64,000 nucleotides of DNA from a virus: IMG/VR virus record IMGVR_UViG_3300025132_008118; one strand, given 5' to 3'. Shown here one piece after another: positions 9,426 through 18,134 of the stretch; position 1 is the stretch's first letter, and each line of letters begins with the position of its first letter. The notes under the pieces are model-generated. The model searched no databases, was not told the origin of the DNA, and saw only the letters and a program-made list of their open reading frames with translations. The translations under genes and the position numbers were made by a program.

Positions 9426-10361
9426 TTATATAGTACCAGCTTGATCAGCCTTTTCTATATCAGCAGGTACATAAAATTTGCAATATTTACATATATTGTT
9501 GAATATACCATTATTTTGATCGTCTATTATTTTTTGTCGTAGTTGTAGCATCTCTTTAGGTGCATCTTTAAATACATTACCAACTTTACCATCCCCGTAA
9601 ACATCCAACCATGCGCATATAGTAAAATCTCCGTTACCTAAAATACCGCAATCAGTATATATCATACCACAATGACCTTTATGTTGGTTAGGTTTTTGGT
9701 TTTTAATTTTTTTAAAATCAATTGTATGTTTCCAATTAAAATGTATAGCAGTTTCTTCAAATACAACATCATGATGAGACTTAATACTAATAGCTTTTAA
9801 TTTTAACCAGTTAAGTTGCTGGTCATCATTTTTAATTGGTGCGCGTAGTGCTAGTAAAATTTTCATTTTACGTTTAACTGTTACCAATTTTTTAAGATTA
9901 GTTTTAAATTTGTCCCATAATTCATAGCCAGTCTGCTGTTTAAACTGTTTCGAAGTTAAACCGTAACAACTAATTTTTATCTGTAATTTTTTATACTGAT
10001 CAAAAATTTCAATATGTTTATTTTTTAATTGGGTTAAATTAGTATAGAAAAAATAACTTTCTATGTCTGGGTTAATTTCTAAATATCTAAAAATTTCATT
10101 TAAATCATCTATATTATGTTCTAATGGTTCGCCAATAGTTGTACCTAATTCTATTCTTCTGACACCCATTTCAATTAGATAGTCTATATATTTTTTTATA
10201 TCATTTATTCTACCTACCTTTAAATTATCATCTTTATTTTCCCATGGCCATGGGTAATCAGAAGATTCATTTTTTATATGCTTATTCATACAAAAATTAC
10301 ATTTTAATGAACAGGTATTATTTAAAAAAACTTGAGCTTGTGGTATCGGTGTAGTTTTCAT
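9426..10361 (-). CDS. Radical SAM/SPASM-twitch protein
   Basis: CSLKCNFC, GEPL, YTN; C-terminal C..ILGNGDFTIC...GNV...CKYC. Confidence 0.88.
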   Translation of the reverse strand: MKTTPIPQAQVFLNNTCSLKCNFCMNKHIKNESSDYPWPWENKDDNLKVGRINDIKKYIDYLIEMGVRRIELGTTIGEPLEHNIDDLNEIFRYLEINPDIESYFFYTNLTQLKNKHIEIFDQYKKLQIKISCYGLTSKQFKQQTGYELWDKFKTNLKKLVTVKRKMKILLALRAPIKNDDQQLNWLKLKAISIKSHHDVVFEETAIHFNWKHTIDFKKIKNQKPNQHKGHCGMIYTDCGILGNGDFTICAWLDVYGDGKVGNVFKDAPKEMLQLRQKIIDDQNNGIFNNICKYCKFYVPADIEKADQAGTI

Positions 10362-11020
10362 CTTATAGGGTACCTTTTATCTGTATTTAATTCAGAAAAA
10401 CTTAAATTGTCTTCACCGTCATTAGTTTGAACCCATATGGGTGATTTTATACACTTAAATGTATCAATTTTTAAACTTTTAAATAAATTGTAATCAAAAT
10501 CTAAAGTCGATTTAAAATTACTCTTAAAGAAATTTATTGCAGAACTTTTCCGGAAAACTATCTGAGTTAATTGAAAATATCTTGGGTTATATAGTGAGAT
10601 ATATTCTTTAAAATTTATATTATCTTTGTAATACAATGTACAATCTATTTCTTTAAATACAGTTTTAAAATCATAAGTTTTTTGTAGAGGTTTAGATATA
10701 TAATTAGATATATATAGATCTTGTTTAAGTTTTATATGTTTAAAAAAAGCAGGTAAAATATAATCATCATCTTCTAAGAAAAATATATATTCTCCTTTAC
10801 TTTCTAAATATAAAAATCTATATGTTTCACCTAATTCTTTATATTTTCTATAAAAATATTTTATAGTTATATTTTCACTATAAACTTCTTCTATATCGTT
10901 ACTATCGTTATTTACAAGTATTTCTATATGAAAATCTGGTAGATTTTTTATAACACTATCAATACACCTTTTAAATAATTTAGGTCGATTGTGGGTTAAT
11001 ATTAATATAGATAACTTCAT
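10358..11020 (-). CDS. Glycosyltransferase family 2
   Basis: SILILTHNRP, VNNDS, GEYIFFLEDDD. Confidence 0.88.
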   Translation of the reverse strand: MKLSILILTHNRPKLFKRCIDSVIKNLPDFHIEILVNNDSNDIEEVYSENITIKYFYRKYKELGETYRFLYLESKGEYIFFLEDDDYILPAFFKHIKLKQDLYISNYISKPLQKTYDFKTVFKEIDCTLYYKDNINFKEYISLYNPRYFQLTQIVFRKSSAINFFKSNFKSTLDFDYNLFKSLKIDTFKCIKSPIWVQTNDGEDNLSFSELNTDKRYPIR

Positions 11021-12042
11021 AACGTCTTCTTATGGTCCAGTCCATCGCAACATGAAGTTATAACGCATCTTTCACATTTATCTAAATATTGTTCGAAATT
11101 TAAATCAGATAGGTTAATAGATTTTAAATTTTTATAACTATAATCGTTACATCGAAACACTCTCATATCGTAGTTTATAATTATATTCTTTTTACCACTG
11201 TCACATTTCATGAATCTAAATTTTTTATGTATGTTATTACCTTTTACATGGGAATAATTTAGTTTTAATTTACCGTTTATAAGAAAATTCCAACTTTCCT
11301 CGAAGTATTTTTCAAATTGAGGATAGTATTTCATCCAGTATCGATACTCTAAACTTTTACCGTTATCATCACCAACTAATTCTACATCTTTTATGTATTC
11401 TTCATAACCACTACTAGGTTTTGAAGCTAAATTTTCTATTTCAGTAAATTTCATTTTAAGTTTTGTTGGATGTGATCGTATAATTTGATCCATTTCATCT
11501 AACATTTGTTCTTTTTTAGGTATTTCAGTACTAAAAAAACAAAAACCTAGACTATTGTATTTGTCACATATATCCATTTTCTTAATATACTCAGTAACTT
11601 GTTGTTTACCAATATGATAACTATTACATATATCTATTGTATGGTTACTATTTTTTAATTTATGAATATTAATTAAAAATTTTTCTAATCTTCTAACTGG
11701 TAAACTTAAGTTTGTATGGGTTTGTAAAAAAAGCTTTTTGTCTGGAAATAATTTTACAATTTCATAGTTTAAATATTCCCAAAATTTACTTAATGTAGGT
11801 TCACCTCCGTAGAAATAAAAAAATATTTTTTTCTTACTTTTTGGTATTTCTTTTAATTTAGATAAGACTTGATCGCATTGCTCTTTAGTCCACGTTTTTG
11901 TATTATTATCATATTCCCCACAAAACCAACATTTATGATTACATTTAAAACTGGGTTTTAAAGTAATTTTTAAATCGTAGTCGAACCAATCATTATTTTT
12001 TATTAATTCAAATGATTTTATTTTATCTATGTATTGTTTCAT
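11017..12042 (-). CDS. Radical SAM protein
   Basis: CNHKCWFC, YGGEPT, HTNLS; C-terminal CDSG...RC...CERC...CCDG. Confidence 0.88.
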   Translation of the reverse strand: MKQYIDKIKSFELIKNNDWFDYDLKITLKPSFKCNHKCWFCGEYDNNTKTWTKEQCDQVLSKLKEIPKSKKKIFFYFYGGEPTLSKFWEYLNYEIVKLFPDKKLFLQTHTNLSLPVRRLEKFLINIHKLKNSNHTIDICNSYHIGKQQVTEYIKKMDICDKYNSLGFCFFSTEIPKKEQMLDEMDQIIRSHPTKLKMKFTEIENLASKPSSGYEEYIKDVELVGDDNGKSLEYRYWMKYYPQFEKYFEESWNFLINGKLKLNYSHVKGNNIHKKFRFMKCDSGKKNIIINYDMRVFRCNDYSYKNLKSINLSDLNFEQYLDKCERCVITSCCDGLDHKKTL

Positions 12043-12988
12043 TTAGTATTCCTACGATTGGGTCTTCATTATTTAAAAATAATGTTTTAAAATTAGTATC
12101 AACATCACTTCTACGTACTCTTAAACCGCTATCAATTTTTAAATATTCATTATCTATATTATGATAAATAACATCTTTATTATAATATTTACACTCTGCT
12201 ATTAATCTAGGACTGCAGTCAAATTTACCATCTATTGGAGTGTATATATAGGTATTAAATTTTTCAAATAGTTTATCAATGCCAGGCTTTATAAATTCAA
12301 CACGTTCATCTTTATAATTAATATACTTTTCAGGTTTATTGGTAATTACTATATATTTTTCAAAATTATATCTATTAGTTATATCAGTTAATAGTTTATC
12401 AGTTATAGATCTACAATTAGAGGTTATATATAACATTGCCGTTTTATTAACTTTACATTTATCAATTTGTTTGTATTTTTCAAACAATATTTTTTTAATA
12501 TAATGTAATGCTATTTTATTTTCTTCGGGTATTATTTCTGAATATACTCTTAAGTCAGATAATAGTTGTACTTTATATGGGATATCAAAAAGCGTATGAT
12601 TGCAATGGTTTGAACATTTAAATGATAAGATATTTTTAAAATTTAATATAGTACCATTATTGACAAATCTAGCTTTCAACGCGCCATCGACAAATAATAT
12701 ATTCTTTCCAGTTATAATTTCTGGTCTATTATAATAAAATGTATTATTTTTATAATCTTTTAATTCTAAATCACTAAAATTATATTTTTGTAAAATTAAT
12801 TTTTTAAATTCAGACCAGTTATTAATACTTTCTCCAAAAAAAATACCAACTTTAAATGTTTTATTTAAAATATAAAAATAATCTATGATCTCATATATAT
12901 GACCGCTAATCCCATGTTCATGACCATTTTCCCAAGTAAGAGATAAGAATATATCATAATTTTTATTTAATTTAAAAATGTTTTTCAT
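12023..12988 (-). CDS. Hypothetical protein, possibly a GT-B glycosyltransferase (start reassigned to MKNIF at 12988)
   Basis: Located in the GT cluster; C-terminal FDCSPRLIAEC resembles the GT-B acceptor/E-x motif; no firm family call. Confidence 0.4.
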   Translation of the reverse strand: MKNIFKLNKNYDIFLSLTWENGHEHGISGHIYEIIDYFYILNKTFKVGIFFGESINNWSEFKKLILQKYNFSDLELKDYKNNTFYYNRPEIITGKNILFVDGALKARFVNNGTILNFKNILSFKCSNHCNHTLFDIPYKVQLLSDLRVYSEIIPEENKIALHYIKKILFEKYKQIDKCKVNKTAMLYITSNCRSITDKLLTDITNRYNFEKYIVITNKPEKYINYKDERVEFIKPGIDKLFEKFNTYIYTPIDGKFDCSPRLIAECKYYNKDVIYHNIDNEYLKIDSGLRVRRSDVDTNFKTLFLNNEDPIVGILNETIHR

Positions 12989-13871
12989 AATCCCACTGTA
13001 TATCACACCCACAATTACCAAAAGGACACTTTATTGATGTTTCTTTATTCATGTATAAGATGAATGGCATTTTAGAACACGCATTATATATACCACCTTT
13101 GTAGTCGATAACCCATCTTAGAGGTTTACAATTAATACCTTTTAAATTAGACATTTTATTGGTAATAATATCATCATAACTATAGTCACCTTGAACGCCA
13201 TCTACTTGAAACGGCCAGGTTCTATCATCATTTTTTATATATTTTTTGAATATGCTATAAAACTCTTCATTATATTTTGACCTATAACCAAACCCGGTAT
13301 CATAAAGATATGAAACATCGTATTTTATATTGTTATCTAAACAAAAGTTAAAAAACTCTACCATCTTACCCCAGTATTCACTTTTATCATGCAGCATAAC
13401 CGTAGGTGTCAGTCTAAAGCCTCTATCTATTAAATTTTTTATATTACTTTGAATTGAATACTCATCATATGATTCAAAATGTATAGAAGGGTTTATTAAA
13501 ATTTTATTAACCGGTTTAACATTTTGAAATATACGTTTAGCATTTTTTAAATTAGTCATTATTTCTATTTTATCACACTGATTAATTTTAATCAATGAGT
13601 CAAGAATATAATTAAACTTAGGATGTAGCGTTGGTTCTCCTCCTAATAATTCTATATTAAACCTAGGAACTTTTTTAAGATTTAGTAATTTTAAGACCTT
13701 TTTATATGATTCTTGTTTTGTTTTATTTTTATTAAAATCACATTTTTTTAAATATTCATTATTACCGAACCCCTCGATGCAATAACTACATTTCATATTA
13801 CATACATCTATCATGAACCATTGTAGTGTATGTAGCTTAAAATTTTTATAGCCGCATTTTTGTATATTCAT
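12972..13871 (-). CDS. Radical SAM protein
   Basis: CNMKCSYC, GGEPTLHP, MTN; C-terminal C...NAC...CPFGNCGC. Confidence 0.9.
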   Translation of the reverse strand: MNIQKCGYKNFKLHTLQWFMIDVCNMKCSYCIEGFGNNEYLKKCDFNKNKTKQESYKKVLKLLNLKKVPRFNIELLGGEPTLHPKFNYILDSLIKINQCDKIEIMTNLKNAKRIFQNVKPVNKILINPSIHFESYDEYSIQSNIKNLIDRGFRLTPTVMLHDKSEYWGKMVEFFNFCLDNNIKYDVSYLYDTGFGYRSKYNEEFYSIFKKYIKNDDRTWPFQVDGVQGDYSYDDIITNKMSNLKGINCKPLRWVIDYKGGIYNACSKMPFILYMNKETSIKCPFGNCGCDIQWDYEKHF

Positions 13872-14897
13872 TCAATAAAAATCTTTTCTATAAAAATTTA
13901 CATCAGTAATTTTTTCCCCTTCTTCAGGGTGTACTTCTATATCTAGTTGCTGTTCAATACCATCGCAGATGTTAAAATATTTACACCTTATACATTTAAT
14001 AGGTTTTTTACACCCGTCTAGTCGACCGTCTTGCGCTTTTAAATAACCTAAATCTATTTTTTCCTTTTCTGTATATGTTTTAGTTAAATCTACATCATAA
14101 TCATATATTTCCTTATTCCAATCATATATATCATACACATGTTGATACTGATTACATACATATTTTTCATAACCCTTCATATAGCAGTAAGGTGTATATC
14201 TTACATTAATATATTCTGTGTCATTTATGATAAGATCAATACATTGTTTTATTTTATCTGTAAGACCTTCGTAATCATCAATAGGTTCGAATGTTTTATT
14301 GGCATCCCAGTAGTTTAACGTTAAAAAGTTAACTTGAAATGGTTGTATTTCCTTTATAATTTTAGCATATTCTACTAAACCTTTATAATTTTTTTGATAT
14401 ACTGTGCAATTAACCCTAACCTTTATATTATGTTTCTTACATAGTTTAATAGCTTTATGTATTTTCTTCCAACCATTTTTTCTACCTACTATATCATCAT
14501 GTACTTCTTCATTATAACCGTGTAAACTAAATAATATTTCTTTTAAACCATGCTTTTTTGATTTTAATAAAAACTTTTCGTTAGAAAAGACTGAACCGTT
14601 ACTTAAACAACTAATATTATCAAATCTTTCATTGCAATAATCTAGTATTTTAAACCAATCTTTATGTATTGAACTTTCACCTCCAGATAAGTCTACTTCG
14701 GAAATACCATATTTATGAAGTATATTAATACGTTGCTTTATTGTAGAAAATGGTGTTTTAACATCTAGCCTATCTATGTAATAACAAAATTCACACTTAT
14801 AATTGCAGTGAAACCCAGTATCTAATTTCGCTCGATTACATCTTTTTGTTTCGTAATCGACGTCAAAATTTTTAATACTTAGATTATTAACATTCAT
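13872..14897 (-). CDS. Radical SAM/SPASM-like protein
   Basis: CNYKCEFC, SGGES, SNG, FSLHG; C-terminal CIRCKYFNICDG. Confidence 0.9.
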   Translation of the reverse strand: MNVNNLSIKNFDVDYETKRCNRAKLDTGFHCNYKCEFCYYIDRLDVKTPFSTIKQRINILHKYGISEVDLSGGESSIHKDWFKILDYCNERFDNISCLSNGSVFSNEKFLLKSKKHGLKEILFSLHGYNEEVHDDIVGRKNGWKKIHKAIKLCKKHNIKVRVNCTVYQKNYKGLVEYAKIIKEIQPFQVNFLTLNYWDANKTFEPIDDYEGLTDKIKQCIDLIINDTEYINVRYTPYCYMKGYEKYVCNQYQHVYDIYDWNKEIYDYDVDLTKTYTEKEKIDLGYLKAQDGRLDGCKKPIKCIRCKYFNICDGIEQQLDIEVHPEEGEKITDVNFYRKDFY

Positions 14898-14902
14898 ACC
14901 CT

Positions 14903-15757
14903 CTACAATATATAATTATCGTTAATTGCTTTATAGAGGGTATTATAATGATAGTCAGTTAATTTACTTTTATTATTTTCTAAAATTTTTAAAAAATTAG
15001 ATAACATATCTTTATCAGTAATATTTTCTATAGATTCAATTACTTGGATATGTTCATCTTTTTCACCTGTTAGTATTGGGGCTGTATTTGTATGAAAAGC
15101 ATTTGTTATTACATCAGGTAACGGTAATAATAACGGTGGCCAGTTATCAGTTAGGTCGGTAAATGTATTTACTTCGGTGAGATCCATATCGCTTACCACA
15201 TCATTAAAAATTTCTTTTATATTGTTTATATCTTCAATATCTTCGTCATCATCAGTATCTGTTAGAAGTTCATCTAACTCTGATAATGTTTTATTAACTT
15301 TATTTTGAATTATTTCGATAAAACTTGATATAATAGTTTCCTTTTCTTCATCAAAAGGTTTGTTTTTTATAATGTTATCACTATTAATTGAAAAGTTAAA
15401 TAAATTTAATACTTTATGTAAATTATGACTAACTACATCTTTATATAAAATTTTATCATATACATTTTTATCTTTAATAATTTGTTTATATTCATTAAAC
15501 AAAGATAATTCAGTAGTTTCATTTTTAGTCTCATCATCTCTATGCAATACTGTATAATTAACTATAGAATTTACATCAATAGTATCAACTTTATCAGTAA
15601 TAATGTTATATAATACAATATCGGTAGGTTTATCTACAACTAAATTATTTGAATTAAACTTTTTAATATTTGTATAAGGTATTGTTAAATTACCTATTTG
15701 TACTCTACAAATGTATTTAGATGCATCTTCAGTCAGTAACTCTTTAAGGGTTGCCAT
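14903..15757 (-). CDS. Hypothetical acidic protein heading the radical SAM/glycosylation operon
   Basis: 284-aa ORF with a sigma70-type promoter 5 nt upstream; no recognised family. Confidence 0.7.
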   Translation of the reverse strand: MATLKELLTEDASKYICRVQIGNLTIPYTNIKKFNSNNLVVDKPTDIVLYNIITDKVDTIDVNSIVNYTVLHRDDETKNETTELSLFNEYKQIIKDKNVYDKILYKDVVSHNLHKVLNLFNFSINSDNIIKNKPFDEEKETIISSFIEIIQNKVNKTLSELDELLTDTDDDEDIEDINNIKEIFNDVVSDMDLTEVNTFTDLTDNWPPLLLPLPDVITNAFHTNTAPILTGEKDEHIQVIESIENITDKDMLSNFLKILENNKSKLTDYHYNTLYKAINDNYIL

Positions 15758-15762
15758 AATAT

Positions 15763-15790
15763 ATTATATGCAAAAACTACCGGAAAACAA
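15763..15790 (-). promoter_or_regulatory. Sigma70-type (early/middle) promoter TTGTTT-N16-TATAAT
   Basis: Read on the minus strand; -10 element 5 nt before ATG 15757. Confidence 0.6.
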
Positions 15791-15791
15791 C

Positions 15792-16511
15792 TTACCCGGT
15801 ACCGGGGTAACCTACTCCATATCCTCTACTATTTGTCTGAACTCCGTTAAAAAAGTAAAGACTATCCCCAAAAGCTGTACCAGAAGCACCAGTTAAAAAG
15901 AATTGATACTCTGGGCCAGCTACGGTACCACTACCTCTAATAGTCGGTGTCCCATCATTATATGCAGTGGTCCACTGCATACTAATAGAAGTACCAGTAT
16001 CGTTATCGGTTAATTCAACAGCTACCGTTTTACCGCTAGTAAAATCACCAGATGTATATGCAGTGCCTCGATTACCACTTGAGGTAACTGTTGAACCACC
16101 AACTGTAATTGTATATGCACCAGCTGTACCACTACCATTTAATGGTGTTATTTTTAATTGAGCATTATCTGAATTTTTATACCTCGATGCAGTTTCATTT
16201 TTTGCCTGTACTTTCATACCTAAAATAGTAGCACTACGATAATCACTCCACTTGATATCGGTATCACCACCGCTTGAATTAGTATAATTACCTAAATCAC
16301 CGACATATGTCTCGAACCAGTCTTTAATAGCTACCGAGCCTAAATCAGTTGGAGCTACACCTGTACCTGATGATCCACCGGTAGTACTATCTTTAATATA
16401 TCTTAAACCTAATATACTACCACTATCGGTTGTGGTACTAAGATTAGCTCCTGTACCTTTTGGTGCCACGTTAGTAGATGTTATCTTACCGATATTATTG
16501 TTATGTGCCAT
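15792..16511 (-). CDS. Ser/Thr/Gly-rich late (probably virion) protein with beta-rich Ig/SprB-like segment
   Basis: Composition dominated by S/T/G/N; no Cys; TAAATA 5 nt upstream of the ATG. Confidence 0.6.
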   Translation of the reverse strand: MAHNNNIGKITSTNVAPKGTGANLSTTTDSGSILGLRYIKDSTTGGSSGTGVAPTDLGSVAIKDWFETYVGDLGNYTNSSGGDTDIKWSDYRSATILGMKVQAKNETASRYKNSDNAQLKITPLNGSGTAGAYTITVGGSTVTSSGNRGTAYTSGDFTSGKTVAVELTDNDTGTSISMQWTTAYNDGTPTIRGSGTVAGPEYQFFLTGASGTAFGDSLYFFNGVQTNSRGYGVGYPGTG

Positions 16512-16516
16512 ACTAT

Positions 16517-16522
16517 TATTTA
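16517..16522 (-). promoter_or_regulatory. T4-type late promoter core TAAATA
   Basis: 5 nt upstream of ATG 16511; a second TAAATA lies just upstream. Confidence 0.6.
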
Positions 16523-16523
16523 A

Positions 16524-16799
16524 TTATTTACCTTTTTTCTTCCAGGATACCCTCTTTGAACTTTTCTTTTTATACATCTTGCCTTTTATTTTTTTACATG
16601 CAGCTTTAGTAGGTCTACATGCTGGGTAACTACCTCCTGATTTTTTTGATTTTCTACCGCAAGGGCCTCCAGTTTTACAATTTATCCAACCACTAAATTT
16701 TTTACCTGTTTTTGGATCTTTACCACCACGTTTAAACCATTGATGTAAACTATCACTGGCCTCAGTTAAATAATATTCAACTAGATTATCAAAATTCAT
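16524..16799 (-). CDS. Small basic Cys-containing protein, putative internal head protein
   Basis: Leader MNFDNLVEYYLTE followed by a K/R-rich body. Confidence 0.65.
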   Translation of the reverse strand: MNFDNLVEYYLTEASDSLHQWFKRGGKDPKTGKKFSGWINCKTGGPCGRKSKKSGGSYPACRPTKAACKKIKGKMYKKKSSKRVSWKKKGK

Positions 16800-16960
16800 T
16801 ATTTACCAGCTTTACGCATTTTATTAGCATGCAATTTATCACCTGATTTTTTAGCAGCTTTATAAGCTTTAGAACCTTTTCTAGCTGATTTACGACCAGA
16901 TTTTCTTTTTTTATTAATGTTAGCCCATAGACTTTCTAATATTGTATCGAATTGATTCAT
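16799..16960 (-). CDS. Small basic 53-aa protein (absent from the ORF track), putative internal head protein
   Basis: Manual translation MNQFDTILESLWANINKKRKSGRKSARKGSKAYKAAKKSGDKLHANKMRKAGK*; overlaps both neighbours (ATGA and TAATG coupling). Confidence 0.7.
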   Translation of the reverse strand: MNQFDTILESLWANINKKRKSGRKSARKGSKAYKAAKKSGDKLHANKMRKAGK

Positions 16961-17232
16961 TTCTTTTTCCAAATTTTACCTTTTCGGCATCTAACGATTG
17001 CACCTGATTTATAAGCTGAAGTCTTCTTACCATAAACGCTATCAGCTTTTCTTTTGCATCTATCTTGAGCATCTTCTTCAGATGCGTTTTTAGCTTTTTC
17101 TAATTTTTTCTTAAGCATTTCGACGTATTTATTACCACCATACTCTTTAACTCTTTTAGGGTCAGGGTTAGCAATTAAAGCTTCAAGACTTTTTATTTCT
17201 GATTGTTCATAAAATATTTTAAATGTTTTCAT
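16957..17232 (-). CDS. Small basic protein, putative internal head protein
   Basis: Leader MKTFKIFYE resembles the T4 IP leader MKTYQEFIAE; basic C-terminus. Confidence 0.65.
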   Translation of the reverse strand: MKTFKIFYEQSEIKSLEALIANPDPKRVKEYGGNKYVEMLKKKLEKAKNASEEDAQDRCKRKADSVYGKKTSAYKSGAIVRCRKGKIWKKK

Positions 17233-17238
17233 AATAAA

Positions 17239-17559
17239 TTACCATTTTCTGCAAGACCAATATCTTGCTTTTGTTTTAGGGCCTGGGTTATCGCAATTAT
17301 GTCTAGCTCTGAAAGATTTACGAGCTTTAGGGTTACTCTTTCTAATTTTCATAGTTTTTTCACCGCGTCTTTTAGCTGATGTACCACCATGTCCAAAATT
17401 AACTTTTCTTACATTACCTGACTTAGGGTCTTTTACATATACTTTAAATTTTTTAACGTCTCCTCGAGTTGGTTTATTAAGAGTTACTTTTCTACCCCTA
17501 TATTCAGCATCTTCTTCGAATGCCTCCATAAAAGAAGAGTATAGTTTATCGAATGTCAT
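17239..17559 (-). CDS. Small basic protein of a family common in T4-like phages, putative internal head protein
   Basis: KKFKVYVKDPKSGNVRKVNFG...RKSFRARHNC...ARYWSC; late promoter upstream. Confidence 0.7.
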   Translation of the reverse strand: MTFDKLYSSFMEAFEEDAEYRGRKVTLNKPTRGDVKKFKVYVKDPKSGNVRKVNFGHGGTSAKRRGEKTMKIRKSNPKARKSFRARHNCDNPGPKTKARYWSCRKW

Positions 17560-17564
17560 GTAAT

Positions 17565-17577
17565 TATTTATTAAATA
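17565..17577. promoter_or_regulatory. Back-to-back late promoter pair (TATTTA-T-TAAATA)
   Basis: Each TAAATA is 5 nt from an ATG (17559 on minus, 17583 on plus). Confidence 0.65.
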
Positions 17578-17582
17578 TTAAT

Positions 17583-18134
17583 ATGGATAATGAATCTAAT
17601 CTAATATTTGAACAATATAAATCATTAAATGAAATGATTGGCTTAGGACCAATGGTTGGTAAAATGGTAAATGTACCTGGTCCAGGTTCACAAAATACTG
17701 CTTCAAAGGTAGTGGTGCTAAAGATTGGTGATAAAGAAGGTCCATCAGATTGCGAAGATGCAGAGAAAGAAGAAGAAACAGTTTATATTCAGGCTGGTGA
17801 GCAAGATGGGTGTGAAAGTGATTGCGGTTGTAATGACTGTGATACCGATGATTACGATGGGGAATTAGATATGGCAAGATCTGAATTACTTAAAGCTGCT
17901 GATTATGCAACTAAGTTATTTAACCATATGGAAAATTTAGAGAATTTAGAAGGTTGGACAGCTTCTAAAATTACAAAAGCTGCTGATTACCTATCATCAG
18001 TATATCATGCTTTAGAATATGATAAGTTAGATGCTGATGTTGAAGATGAGCAAGATCCCGATGATGATAGAGTAGAAGTTGACGAATTAGATGATACACA
18101 AACCGCTAAAAATACCGGTTTTGCAGGAGCTTAA
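17583..18134 (+). CDS. Acidic late protein, putative internal head protein (start reassigned to MDNES at 17583)
   Basis: Leader MDNESNLIFEQYKSLNE; block GELDMARSELLKAADYA...EGWTASKITKAADYL; Cys cluster CESDCGCNDC. Confidence 0.65.
   Translation: MDNESNLIFEQYKSLNEMIGLGPMVGKMVNVPGPGSQNTASKVVVLKIGDKEGPSDCEDAEKEEETVYIQAGEQDGCESDCGCNDCDTDDYDGELDMARSELLKAADYATKLFNHMENLENLEGWTASKITKAADYLSSVYHALEYDKLDADVEDEQDPDDDRVEVDELDDTQTAKNTGFAGA

Noticed and set aside
1-15757. Lower GC in the left island as proof of recent horizontal acquisition
   Set aside because: This was an impression from spot-checked lines only. It is confounded by amino-acid composition (K/N/I-rich enzymes versus G/A/T-rich structural proteins) and needs a computed GC3/codon analysis.
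15792-15810. Short GC-rich inverted repeat (TTACCC...GGGTAA)
   Set aside because: It lies within the coding end GYPGTG*, has a weak stem and lacks a T-tract, so it is not supportable as a terminator.
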